In this document: one piece after another, positions 28,796 through 37,949 of the stretch
How positions within the stretch are numbered: the first letter of the stretch is position 1
Layout: the number at the start of each line of letters is the position of its first letter
NCBI GenBank assembly: GCA_934101345.1
Contig: CAKOQV010000001.1
Coordinates: forward strand, 104,991 to 166,827
Source: an uncultured Bacilli bacterium
Lineage (GTDB): Bacteria; Bacillota_I; Bacilli_A; RF39; UBA660
Length of the DNA: 61,837 bases
Direction: 5' to 3'
Program-made: the position numbers and the translations under genes
Notes under the pieces: model-generated
Databases searched by the model: none
What the model saw: the letters and a program-made list of their open reading frames with translations, nothing else
What the model was told of the DNA's origin: nothing

Positions 28796-29362
28796 ATGAG
28801 TGAAAACAAGTATGTATATCACGGAAGTCATATACCTAATTTAAAAGTAATTAAACCACATAAGAGTACACATATGCAGAACTGGGTATATGCCACATCT
28901 TCAAAAGCAGTTGCCACCATTTTCTTAAGTAACAAACATAGTGATTTATATTATTACTTAGGTGGTAATGACGAAGATAACAATCTTGTTCTCGTAGAAA
29001 GAAAAAAAGGTATGTTTAAGGATATATTTAATGTATCTGGTTCTATTTATAAACTTAGTTCTAAAAACTTTCTTAATGGTATTACTGGTTGGTCTATGGA
29101 AGTTGTAAGTAATAGAGAAGAGCAAGTACTTGAAGAAGAAAAAATAACAGATGTTTATGAAGAACTAATAAAATTTAATGATGAGGGAAAAATTAAATTA
29201 TATTTATATCCTAACAGACCTAGTTATATTCCTTTAGATAATAGTGATTTAATACCTAAAGTAATTAGATGGTCAAAAAAAGGATTAAAAATAGGAAACT
29301 TCTTTGAATTGTATCCAGAACTTACTGATAGGTTCTATGAAGAATTAGAAAAAACTAAATAG
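28796..29362 (+). CDS. hypothetical protein
   Basis: 188-aa ORF with AGGAG RBS. No family recognised. Notable blocks YVYHGSHIPNL and WVYATSS. Confidence 0.6.
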   Translation: MSENKYVYHGSHIPNLKVIKPHKSTHMQNWVYATSSKAVATIFLSNKHSDLYYYLGGNDEDNNLVLVERKKGMFKDIFNVSGSIYKLSSKNFLNGITGWSMEVVSNREEQVLEEEKITDVYEELIKFNDEGKIKLYLYPNRPSYIPLDNSDLIPKVIRWSKKGLKIGNFFELYPELTDRFYEELEKTK

Positions 29363-29478
29363 TAATATATGGAAGAATAGTTTAATATTCTTTCTTTTTT
29401 TCATAGTATGTAATGACAATGTAATGACTATAAATTAGAAGTATGTTATTATTAATACGAAGAAAGGGAGTGTGAATT

Positions 29479-29772
29479 GTGAATAATACTTCTAATACTA
29501 CTAATTTAAATGTTAGAGTGGATGCAGCTTTAAAGAAAGAGTCAGATATGTTATTTAAAGATTTGGGTTTAAATATGAGTACTGCAATTAATATGTTTTT
29601 AAAACAATGTGTAAAAACTTCCAGTATACCATTTAATATTTCAGAGCCTAAACCAAGTAGACAACTGAAAAGAGCATTAAAAGAAGCAGAATGCATTGCT
29701 AAATATCCTGAAAAATATAAAGGATATCACGACATAGACCAAATGTTCAATGATATTTTAGATGAAGATTGA
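29479..29772 (+). CDS. relB: type II antitoxin, RelB/DinJ family
   Basis: NLNVRVDAALKKESDMLFKDLGLNMSTAINMFLKQ is a typical DinJ/RelB ribbon-helix-helix N-terminus. GTG start after AAGGGAG. Confidence 0.85.
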   Translation: MNNTSNTTNLNVRVDAALKKESDMLFKDLGLNMSTAINMFLKQCVKTSSIPFNISEPKPSRQLKRALKEAECIAKYPEKYKGYHDIDQMFNDILDED

Positions 29773-30067
29773 TTTTAAAATAGAAACACTACTTGAAGTT
29801 CGTTCAACATCAGAATTTAAAAGATAATTAAAGAAAATTTATAAGCAGGGTAAAGACATAAATAAATTGCGTCAGGCTATAGAAAAATTAGCTAATAAAG
29901 AGAAGTTAGATGAAAAGTATCAAAATCATATGCTAAATGATGGTAAAAAGTATAAAAATTGCGGAGAATGTCATATAGAACCAGATTGGTTACTAGTATA
30001 TCAATATATAGAAGATGAACTTATTTTATTACTTGTTACTATAGGTAGTCATGGTGAAATATTTTAA
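29762..30067 (+). pseudogene. yafQ: YafQ-family type II toxin (mRNA interferase) interrupted by an in-frame TAA
   Basis: ATG at 29762 overlaps the relB 3' end. The same frame (mod 3) as the 29867 ORF. TAA at 29825-29827 falls within the conserved ...SEFKR*LKK... block. The downstream part keeps ECHIEPDWLLVY and GSHGEIF. Confidence 0.8.
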
Positions 30068-30079
30068 AGCAGAATAAAC

Positions 30080-30110
30080 CTAGAGTCAAAAAATATAACT
30101 CTAGATTTTT
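30080..30110 (+). terminator. intrinsic terminator
   Basis: CTAGAGT-N11-ACTCTAG stem followed by ATTTTT. Confidence 0.6.
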
Positions 30111-30145
30111 AAATTAAACTATTTATGGGAAATTATGTTAAATAA

Positions 30146-30174
30146 TTGACATCAAAAAAGAGTAATGCTATAAT
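30146..30174 (+). promoter_or_regulatory. consensus sigma-A promoter with extended -10 (ABC exporter operon)
   Basis: TTGACA at 30146-30151, 17-nt spacer ending TGC, TATAAT at 30169-30174. Confidence 0.7.
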
Positions 30175-30227
30175 TCATATAGTCAAGAAATTAAGCAAGG
30201 ATACATAATATAAAAATGGAGGTTAAA

Positions 30228-31991
30228 ATGATAAAATTACTAAAAAAACTGACTAAAAAAGATTGGCTTTTTGTATTTATAAGTGTACTTTTAATAGTAT
30301 TTCAAGTATGGTTAGAATTAAAAATGCCAGATTACATGTCTAATATTACTCAGTTAGTTCAGACTAAAGGAGCAGACATAAAAGATATTTTAAGAGAGGG
30401 TTCTTATATGCTACTATGTGCTCTAGGAAGTTTACTTAGTGCGGGAATAGTAGGATATTTTATTTCAGGAATAGCGGCTTCTTTCTCATTTAATGTAAGA
30501 GAGGCTATCTTTAAGAAAGTACTTAATCTAGATACTAGTGAAATAAAGAACTTTTCTACTAGTAGTTTAATAACAAGAACTACTAATGATATAACTCAGG
30601 TAGAGATGTTATTGGGAATGGGTCTTCAATTAATGATAAAGGCTCCAATTACTGCAGTATGGGCTGTTACTAAAATATTAGGTAAGAGTCTAGAGTGGAG
30701 TATGGCTACAGCGGTAGCAGTCATTATTCTAATTACCACTATAATTATTCTAATGATTATAGTTATGCCAAGATTTAAAATAGTTCAAAGTCTTATTGAT
30801 AAGATAAATTCAGTAACTAGAGAAAATTTAACTGGTATTAGGGTAGTAAGAGCATTTAATGCTGAAAAATATCAAGAAGATAAATTTAATAAAGTAAATA
30901 ATGATTTAACCAATACACAAATGTTTAATCAAAAAGCATTTAATATTCTTAGTCCTATGATGAATATAGTGATGCATACTCTAACATTATCTATCTATTT
31001 TATTGGAGCTTTTCTAATTGATAAGGCTTTAATGGGCGATAAAATAGTTTTATTTGGAGATATGATTGTCTTTTCATCATATGCTATGCAAGTAATAATG
31101 GCTTTCTTAATGCTTGCTATGATCTTTATGATGTTACCTCGTGCTAATGTGTCTGCGAAAAGAATAAATGAAGTACTAGATACAGAAGTAACAATTGAGA
31201 ATGGTAAAGTAACTAAGAATAAGAATGGCTTAAGAGGTACTGTTGAATTTAAAAATGTATCATTTAAATATCCTGATGCTGATGAATATATCTTAGAAAA
31301 TATTAGTTTTACTGCTAATGAAGGTGATACTGTTGCTTTTATAGGATCTACTGGTTCTGGTAAGAGTACATTAATAAATTTAATACCAAGATTCTATGAT
31401 GCTACTGATGGTGAAATACTAGTAAATGGTATTAATGTTAAAGATTATAAAGAAGAATATTTACATAATATTGTTGGATATGTTCCTCAGAAAGCTGTTA
31501 TGTTCTCTGGTACTATCGAATCTAATATTACTTATGGTAAGAGTATTTTAGGTAAACCTGATAAAAAGAAGATTAATGAAGCGTTAAAAGTATCACAGGC
31601 TTATGAGTTCGTTTCAAAACTAGATAAGAAAGAAAAAAGTCATATAGCACAGGGCGGTACTAATGTTTCAGGAGGTCAAAAACAAAGATTGTCAATTGCT
31701 AGAATTATTGCCAGAAGTCCTGAAATATATATATTTGATGATTCGTTTAGTGCTTTAGACTATAAAACAGATTCAGTACTAAGAAAAGAATTAAAGAAAT
31801 ATACTAAGAAGGCTACTAATTTAATTGTGGCACAAAGAATAGGAACGATTATGAATGCTGATAAAATAATTGTTTTAGATAAGGGTAAATGTGTTGGAAT
31901 AGGTACTCATAGTGAACTTATGAAAACTTGTGAAGTATATAAAGAAATTGCCCTTTCACAAGTAACAAAGGAGGAACTAGAAAATGCATAA
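30228..31991 (+). CDS. ABC exporter permease/ATPase, degenerate-site subunit of a heterodimer
   Basis: Six-TM domain plus NBD with GSTGSGKST and VSGGQKQRLSIA. Walker B reads IYIFDDS (catalytic Glu replaced by Asp) and the H-loop reads AQR. The ATG at 30228 follows GGAGG. Confidence 0.9.
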   Translation: MIKLLKKLTKKDWLFVFISVLLIVFQVWLELKMPDYMSNITQLVQTKGADIKDILREGSYMLLCALGSLLSAGIVGYFISGIAASFSFNVREAIFKKVLNLDTSEIKNFSTSSLITRTTNDITQVEMLLGMGLQLMIKAPITAVWAVTKILGKSLEWSMATAVAVIILITTIIILMIIVMPRFKIVQSLIDKINSVTRENLTGIRVVRAFNAEKYQEDKFNKVNNDLTNTQMFNQKAFNILSPMMNIVMHTLTLSIYFIGAFLIDKALMGDKIVLFGDMIVFSSYAMQVIMAFLMLAMIFMMLPRANVSAKRINEVLDTEVTIENGKVTKNKNGLRGTVEFKNVSFKYPDADEYILENISFTANEGDTVAFIGSTGSGKSTLINLIPRFYDATDGEILVNGINVKDYKEEYLHNIVGYVPQKAVMFSGTIESNITYGKSILGKPDKKKINEALKVSQAYEFVSKLDKKEKSHIAQGGTNVSGGQKQRLSIARIIARSPEIYIFDDSFSALDYKTDSVLRKELKKYTKKATNLIVAQRIGTIMNADKIIVLDKGKCVGIGTHSELMKTCEVYKEIALSQVTKEELENA

Positions 31992-34341
31992 CGGTAAAGA
32001 AGAAAAAAGAAATACTCCTCCAAGAGGGGGTCATGGTCCAATGAGGACCATTGAAAAGCCAAAGAATTTTGGCGAGGCTCTATCTAAATTATTTAAAAGT
32101 TTGAATGATTTTAAAGTACTACTAATAATATCTTTAGTACTAGCAGGTCTATCAGCAATTCTAGCACTTGTTTCCCCAGATAGATTATCTGATTTAACTG
32201 ATGAGATATCTAAAGGTTTAACAATTAATACTACTAATATGGAGAAATTACAAGATGATTTGTTAACTAATCTTAATGAAGATACTTTTGCAGGTGTGTT
32301 AAATCTAAATATTGATGAGAGTACTATTTATAAAGTAAATACTGCTAGTATATCAGCTTTAGATAAAGAAACATTTAATAATACTATCAGTACTATGACT
32401 AAAGAAAATGCTACTACTTCATTAGGTAAATTACCAGATAGTGTATTAGATATTATACTTGAAGATTCTACATATAATGATATATTAATAACTAAGGAAG
32501 ATAAAATAAATCTACTTAAATCATTATCTAATTATAATAGTGAGACTAAAGATTATTCATTTATAACTAAACTTCCTGATAGTATAAATAATGTCTTATT
32601 TCCTAGTTCTACTATTGATAATATTGAAATAACTACTAAAGATAAAGTAGAATTTATTAGTAAGATGTCTACCTTAAAGAAAAATGCTTCAGTAAATGAA
32701 ATATATAAAATAGTAGAAACATTACCTGATAGTATTCAAAAATTAGTTAATCCAAAGATGAATATTGAAAAAATAACTAAGATGGCTACTATATTATTAA
32801 TTATATATGTAATAAGCGCTACATTTAGTTATCTTGAGGGTATATTTATGGTTAAAGTAGCTAATAGCTATGCTAGAAGATTAAGAAATAAAATATCTTT
32901 AAAGATAAATAAATTACCTCTTAAATTCTTTGATCATAACCTATCAGGAGATATTTTATCTAGAGTAACTAATGATGTAGATACAATTGCTCAGTCATTA
33001 AATCAAAGTTTATCTACTTTAGTATCTTCAATTACATTATTCCTAGGTTCTATTATTATGATGTTTGTAACTAACTATATACTAGCTATAACTGCTATTG
33101 TATCTAGTTTGGTAGGATTTATACTAATGTTTATAATTCTTAATAAATCACAAAAATATTTTACTAAGAGACAAGAAGAACTTGGTAATTTAAATGGTTA
33201 CATAGAGGAAGTATATTCTGGATTAAATGTTGTTAAAACTTGTAATGGGACTGATGAGTCTACTAAAGAATTTGATAAGTTAAATAAAAAACTATATAAT
33301 TGTAATAGAAAAAGTCAGTTCTTATCAGGATTAATGCAACCTATCATGGGCTTTGTTGGTAACTTTGGTTATGTTGCTGTATGTGTAGTAGGTTCTCTTC
33401 TAGTATCAAAAGATATTATATCATTTGGTACAATAGTGGCCTTCATAATCTATGTAAGATTATTTACTAATCCGTTATCACAAATAGCTCAGTCTATGAC
33501 TTCACTTCAGACAACAGCAGCTGCTAGTGAAAGAGTATTTGATTTTCTAGAGGAAAATGAAATGCCTAAAGAGACAAATATTACTAAGAAGTTAGATAAG
33601 AATAAAGTAAAAGGAAAAATAGAATTTAAAAATGTTAAGTTTGGCTATGATGAAGATAAGATTATAATTAAAGACTTTACTGCTACTGCAAAACCAGGTC
33701 AAAAGATAGCTATTGTTGGTCCAACAGGAGCAGGTAAAACTACTATGGTAAACTTGCTTATGAAGTTTTATGAAATAAATTCTGGTGATATTAAGATTGA
33801 TGGTGTATCTATTAAAGATTTGACTAGAGAAAATATTCATGATTTATTTACTATGGTACTTCAAGATACTTGGTTATTTAATGGTACTGTTAAAGAAAAT
33901 ATTGTTTATAATAGAAAGAATATTAGTGATAAGAAAGTAAAAGAAATATGCAAAGTAGTAGGAGTAGATCATTTTATTAAGACACTACCTAATGGTTATG
34001 ATAGTGAGATATCTGATACTGATTCTATTTCAGCAGGACAAAGACAGTTACTTACTATTGCTCGTGGTATGATTGAGAATGCTCCTTTCTTAATTTTAGA
34101 TGAAGCTACATCTAATGTAGATACTAGAACTGAAGAATTAGTACAAAAGGCTATGGATAAGTTAATGGAGAATAAGACATCATTTATTATAGCTCATAGA
34201 TTATCTACTATTAGAAATGCTGATTTGATATTGGTTATGAAAGATGGTAATATTATTGAGACTGGTAATCATGATAAGCTTATGAAAGAGAATGGTTTCT
34301 ATGCTAGTTTGTATAATTCTCAGTTTGAAAGTTTAAAATAA
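31984..34341 (+). CDS. ABC exporter permease/ATPase, consensus-site subunit, with a roughly 190-aa extracytoplasmic insertion after TM1
   Basis: GPTGAGKTT, ISAGQRQLLTIA, FLILDEATSNVD and IAHRLST. It is 785 aa, versus 591 aa for its partner. The insertion between TM1 and TM2 carries three LPDS-containing repeats. Confidence 0.9.
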   Translation: MHNGKEEKRNTPPRGGHGPMRTIEKPKNFGEALSKLFKSLNDFKVLLIISLVLAGLSAILALVSPDRLSDLTDEISKGLTINTTNMEKLQDDLLTNLNEDTFAGVLNLNIDESTIYKVNTASISALDKETFNNTISTMTKENATTSLGKLPDSVLDIILEDSTYNDILITKEDKINLLKSLSNYNSETKDYSFITKLPDSINNVLFPSSTIDNIEITTKDKVEFISKMSTLKKNASVNEIYKIVETLPDSIQKLVNPKMNIEKITKMATILLIIYVISATFSYLEGIFMVKVANSYARRLRNKISLKINKLPLKFFDHNLSGDILSRVTNDVDTIAQSLNQSLSTLVSSITLFLGSIIMMFVTNYILAITAIVSSLVGFILMFIILNKSQKYFTKRQEELGNLNGYIEEVYSGLNVVKTCNGTDESTKEFDKLNKKLYNCNRKSQFLSGLMQPIMGFVGNFGYVAVCVVGSLLVSKDIISFGTIVAFIIYVRLFTNPLSQIAQSMTSLQTTAAASERVFDFLEENEMPKETNITKKLDKNKVKGKIEFKNVKFGYDEDKIIIKDFTATAKPGQKIAIVGPTGAGKTTMVNLLMKFYEINSGDIKIDGVSIKDLTRENIHDLFTMVLQDTWLFNGTVKENIVYNRKNISDKKVKEICKVVGVDHFIKTLPNGYDSEISDTDSISAGQRQLLTIARGMIENAPFLILDEATSNVDTRTEELVQKAMDKLMENKTSFIIAHRLSTIRNADLILVMKDGNIIETGNHDKLMKENGFYASLYNSQFESLK

Positions 34342-34353
34342 TTATTTGTTTAT

Positions 34354-34411
34354 CCTCTTAAGTCTAGGTCTTAAGAGGCAAAAGAGAGCCTTAAAATAAG
34401 TCTCTCTTTTG
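34354..34411 (+). repeat. REP-like double-hairpin intergenic repeat, copy 6
   Basis: CCTCTTAAG-TCTAGGT-CTTAAGAGG, then CAAAAGAGAG-CCTTAAAATAAGT-CTCTCTTTTG. Confidence 0.85.
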
Positions 34412-34520
34412 AATGTTTTGGTTATAAAATATCTAGTTTTATTTTAATATTTATAGTATAATCTTAACTATAATTTACATTTTAAAATATACATGATATA
34501 ATTGTATTGAGGCGAGAAAA

Positions 34521-34757
34521 GTGAAAAAAATTTATTTTGCAGCACCACTATTTAACGAGATGGAGCTGGAAAGAAACAAAAAATATACTGAAATTTTTCG
34601 TACTTAGGGATATGAGGTTTACCTACCACAAGAGAGTGCTGGTTTATCAGCACAAATTATCGCAAATGGTGGTGACAAATATGATGTTAGTAAAAAGATT
34701 TTTAAAAAGGATTTAGAAGGTATAAAAGGGTGCAATATTTTAGTTTTCTTCTTTTGA
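34521..34757 (+). pseudogene. nucleoside 2-deoxyribosyltransferase-like gene, nonsense-interrupted and 3'-truncated
   Basis: GTG start. VKKIYFAAPLFNEMELERN...*GYEVYLPQE matches the family N-terminus. In-frame TAG at 34605-34607, and the frame ends at 34755-34757 before the catalytic C-terminal half. Confidence 0.7.
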
Positions 34758-35020
34758 CTGCTGATTTTGAAGAAATAAAGAAAAGAAATATAACTAGAAA
34801 CCATGTATTAGAAGGCATTTGGTTAGAAGAAGAGACTATTAATTCTCAAAGAGAAGTATTAATTTCATTTACTGAAAATATAATTGGCAAGTTATCTGAT
34901 AATAAAATAGTCACAAAAATAATAGATACTACTAATATTCCTAAAGAAGAATTACTAAGTCAGTTTCTGTCTTTTGCCAGTAATATTAATACAGAAATAC
35001 TTAATAGAAAGGTAAGGTAA
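34730..35020 (+). pseudogene. possible remnant of another gene (C-terminal fragment, kinase-like?) fused to the decayed region
   Basis: 96-aa ORF in a different frame that overlaps the truncated gene. No RBS. ADFEEIKKRNITR resembles lid regions of small P-loop kinases. This is a weak call. Confidence 0.3.
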
Positions 35021-35024
35021 TAAA

Positions 35025-35897
35025 ATGATAGATTTACATACTCATACAAATTATTCTGATGGAACTTGGAGTGTGGAAAAACTTCTTAAGGAAGCGCAAC
35101 AAACAGGTGTTGAAATGCTAGCAATAACAGATCATGATACTGTTAAAGCCCATCTAGAACTAAAAGAAAAAGATTATTCAAAATATTATAATGGAAGAAT
35201 AGTAAATGGTGCTGAATTTAACTGTGTTTTTAATAATGCTAAAATAGAACTTTTAGGTTATAATTTTGATGTTGTTGAAATGGATAAATGGATAGAAAAA
35301 GTATATAATATTAAAAAGAAAAAACCAAATTTAATGGAAGAATTTCATTTGCTTATGAATGCTTGCCATAAAAATAATATAATAGTGGACAATATTGATT
35401 ATAATGAAGAAATGGGATGGCCAATAGATTACATATATGAATCTATAAAGAAGTATCCTGAAAATAGAAAGTATTTTTCTGATAAAGAATGGAACGACAT
35501 TGATCATTTTTTTAGATGTTGTACTTGTAATATAGACTTTCCATTGTATATAGATTTTTCTTATCAAACACCAAATGCAAAATTAGTATCTGACGAGATA
35601 AAAAAGTTAGGTGGTAAAGTTTTTTTAGCACATTTATTTACATATCCACTTAGAGACTATGAAAAGTATTTAGATGGTTTAGTACAAGAAAAAATAATTG
35701 ATGGCATTGAAACATATTATTCAAAATTTACTGAAAGTGAGAGCGAATTTATCAGAAATTATTGTACAAAAAATAACTTGTATATGTCAGCAGGAACTGA
35801 TTGTCACGGAGATAAAAAACCAGATAGAAAAGTTGGCATAGGTTATGGAAACATGAATGTTCCAATAAGTGTAGTTGAAGATTGGATTAATAATTGA
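35025..35897 (+). CDS. PHP-domain metal-dependent phosphoesterase (TrpH/YciV-like)
   Basis: MIDLHTHTNYSDG...LAITDHDT N-terminal PHP motifs and a C-terminal GTDCHG. Confidence 0.85.
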   Translation: MIDLHTHTNYSDGTWSVEKLLKEAQQTGVEMLAITDHDTVKAHLELKEKDYSKYYNGRIVNGAEFNCVFNNAKIELLGYNFDVVEMDKWIEKVYNIKKKKPNLMEEFHLLMNACHKNNIIVDNIDYNEEMGWPIDYIYESIKKYPENRKYFSDKEWNDIDHFFRCCTCNIDFPLYIDFSYQTPNAKLVSDEIKKLGGKVFLAHLFTYPLRDYEKYLDGLVQEKIIDGIETYYSKFTESESEFIRNYCTKNNLYMSAGTDCHGDKKPDRKVGIGYGNMNVPISVVEDWINN

Positions 35898-35921
35898 ATA
35901 ATATTAAAGAGGGAATAATAT

Positions 35922-37046
35922 ATGATATATTTAGATAATAGTGCTACTACTATGGTAGATGATAGAGTACTAGAGATATTTAATAAAGTATGTAAAAACT
36001 ATCCGGGTAATTCTAATTCATTACATAGTTTAGGAATAAAATCAAAAGAATTAGAGGATTATGCTACTGAAAAGATAAGCAATTTACTAGGAGTAAAACC
36101 TAGTGAAATAATATATACTTCAGGAGCTTCTGAATCAAATAATACAGTATTAAAGGGAGTGGCTTCTAAATATAGAAATCGTGGTAATCATATAATTACT
36201 ACACATCTAGAACACTCATCAGTATTAGAAACTTGTAAATATTTAGAAAGCAAAGGCTTTATTATTGATTATGTTAAAATAAAAGATAATGGTTTAATAG
36301 ATATAGATGATTTAGAAAGATTATTAACAGATAATACTATTTTAGTTTCAGTAGCTTATGTTGATAGTGAACTGGGTATAAGGCAAGATATAGATACTAT
36401 TGGTAAGATAGTAAAAAAATATCCTAAGTGTTATTTCCATGTTGATGCTACTCAGGCTATTGGTAAAATAAAGGTAGATCCTACTAATATAGATTTTATT
36501 AGTATGTCTGCTCATAAAATATTTGGTTTAAAAGGGATAGGTTTATTAATAAAAAAAGATAATATTGTTATTGATAATTTGATTCATGGAGGAAAGAGCA
36601 CTACTATCTATCGTAGTGGGACTCCAGCATTACCATTAATATGTAGTCTTATGAAAGCCTTGGAATTAGTTATTCCAAATATAGATAAAAATTATGAATA
36701 TGTATCATCTCTAAGTAGGAAGATAAAAGATAATTTAAAAAAGTATGATAATATTCATATAAATAGTACTGAAAATAGTATTCCATATATTATTAATTTT
36801 AGTGTAATTGGAGTAAAGCCAGAAACATTTATTCATACTATGGAAGAAGAAGACATTTATCTATCCACTAAAAGTGCTTGTTCTACTAGTGATGTATCAT
36901 TATCAGTAGATAGTATATATCATAATAGAGAAATATCTATGAGTAGTATAAGAATAAGTTTAAGTTATAAAAATACTGAAGAAGAGATAGATAAGTTTAT
37001 CAAAGCATTTGATAAAATATATAACAAATTAGTGTTTAAAAAATAA
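35922..37046 (+). CDS. cysteine desulfurase (class V aminotransferase, NifS/IscS-like)
   Basis: IYLDNSATT N-terminus, PLP-lysine motif SMSAHKIFG, and an active-site loop STKSACS. Confidence 0.9.
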   Translation: MIYLDNSATTMVDDRVLEIFNKVCKNYPGNSNSLHSLGIKSKELEDYATEKISNLLGVKPSEIIYTSGASESNNTVLKGVASKYRNRGNHIITTHLEHSSVLETCKYLESKGFIIDYVKIKDNGLIDIDDLERLLTDNTILVSVAYVDSELGIRQDIDTIGKIVKKYPKCYFHVDATQAIGKIKVDPTNIDFISMSAHKIFGLKGIGLLIKKDNIVIDNLIHGGKSTTIYRSGTPALPLICSLMKALELVIPNIDKNYEYVSSLSRKIKDNLKKYDNIHINSTENSIPYIINFSVIGVKPETFIHTMEEEDIYLSTKSACSTSDVSLSVDSIYHNREISMSSIRISLSYKNTEEEIDKFIKAFDKIYNKLVFKK

Positions 37047-37074
37047 AATGTTGTTACATAATAAAATTAGAGTT

Positions 37075-37127
37075 AAGAAGTTTTTAATTAGGTAGAGGTA
37101 CTTAAGATATAAAACTTCTTTTTCTTT
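37075..37127 (+). terminator. intrinsic terminator
   Basis: AAGAAGTTTT (37075-37084) pairs with AAAACTTCTT (37111-37120), followed by TTTCTTT. Confidence 0.6.
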
Positions 37128-37156
37128 GGTTATTTAATATAATTAATGACTAATAA

Positions 37157-37184
37157 TTGACAAAAACATAAAATATGCTATAAT
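37157..37184 (+). promoter_or_regulatory. sigma-A promoter with extended -10 (sortase/adhesin operon)
   Basis: TTGACA at 37157-37162, 16-nt spacer ending TGC, TATAAT at 37179-37184. Confidence 0.7.
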
Positions 37185-37217
37185 AGTAAACCATCTGAGA
37201 GAATTATTGGGGGTTTT

Positions 37218-37946
37218 ATGGATAAGAATAAAAAAATAATATTAATAATAACTTTTATCTTAGTAATATTATTGTTATTAATTGGCTTGTATCTATATAA
37301 GTTAAATAGAAAAAAAGATTATTACTTAAATATGGATATAGAATCAAATAATAATGTTAATAATCCTATTAACTATGAAGAAGTTATCAATAACCTAAGA
37401 GAAGAATATAATAATAAAGATATTAAGGGTATCTTGGAAATAGATAATACTGATTATATAGTACCAATATTACAAGGTAGTGATAATAACTATTATTTAA
37501 ATCATGATGCTTATGGAAATAGAAGTGGTATGGGCTCTATCTATCTAGATTTTAGAGTGGATATTGATGCCAGTAGAAAATTACTAATTTATGGTCATAA
37601 TTCTTCAAATATTGATATGCCATTTAAAATACTTGAAGAGTTCTATGATAAAGATTATTACGATAATCACAAATATGTGTGGATAACCACAAGTACTATG
37701 AGAAAGAAGTATGAAATATTTTCTGTCTATGTAGAAACAAAAGATTTTTCTTACATGAATGTTAACTTTGCAAGTGATAAAGATTATCTTGAACACATAA
37801 CAAAGTTAAAAGAAAAGTCAATGTATGATACTGGAGTAGAAGTAAGCTCTGAAGATGAAGTACTAATACTTCAAACATGTAGTACACATAAAGATTATAG
37901 TAATTATCAAAAAAAATATTTATTAATAATATTAAGGGGGGTTTAA
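37218..37946 (+). CDS. srtB: class B sortase
   Basis: N-terminal TM, DNNYYLNHD, GSIYLDFR, IYGHN (His) and LILQTCS (Cys) blocks typical of SrtB. Confidence 0.88.
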   Translation: MDKNKKIILIITFILVILLLLIGLYLYKLNRKKDYYLNMDIESNNNVNNPINYEEVINNLREEYNNKDIKGILEIDNTDYIVPILQGSDNNYYLNHDAYGNRSGMGSIYLDFRVDIDASRKLLIYGHNSSNIDMPFKILEEFYDKDYYDNHKYVWITTSTMRKKYEIFSVYVETKDFSYMNVNFASDKDYLEHITKLKEKSMYDTGVEVSSEDEVLILQTCSTHKDYSNYQKKYLLIILRGV

Positions 37947-37949
37947 TGA

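Noticed and set aside
4575-29772. Possibility of an alternative genetic code (TGA = Trp, as in Mollicutes), given the extreme AT content and the TGS-less ThrRS.
   Set aside because: TGA clearly terminates well-delimited genes, namely the kinase-like gene at 4576-4578 and relB at 29770-29772. Trp is encoded by TGG in conserved positions, and no conserved protein requires read-through of TGA.
37678-37686. Perfect DnaA-box consensus TGTGGATAA.
   Set aside because: It is a single isolated box inside the srtB coding sequence. There is no cluster, no AT-rich unwinding element context and no dnaA/dnaN nearby.
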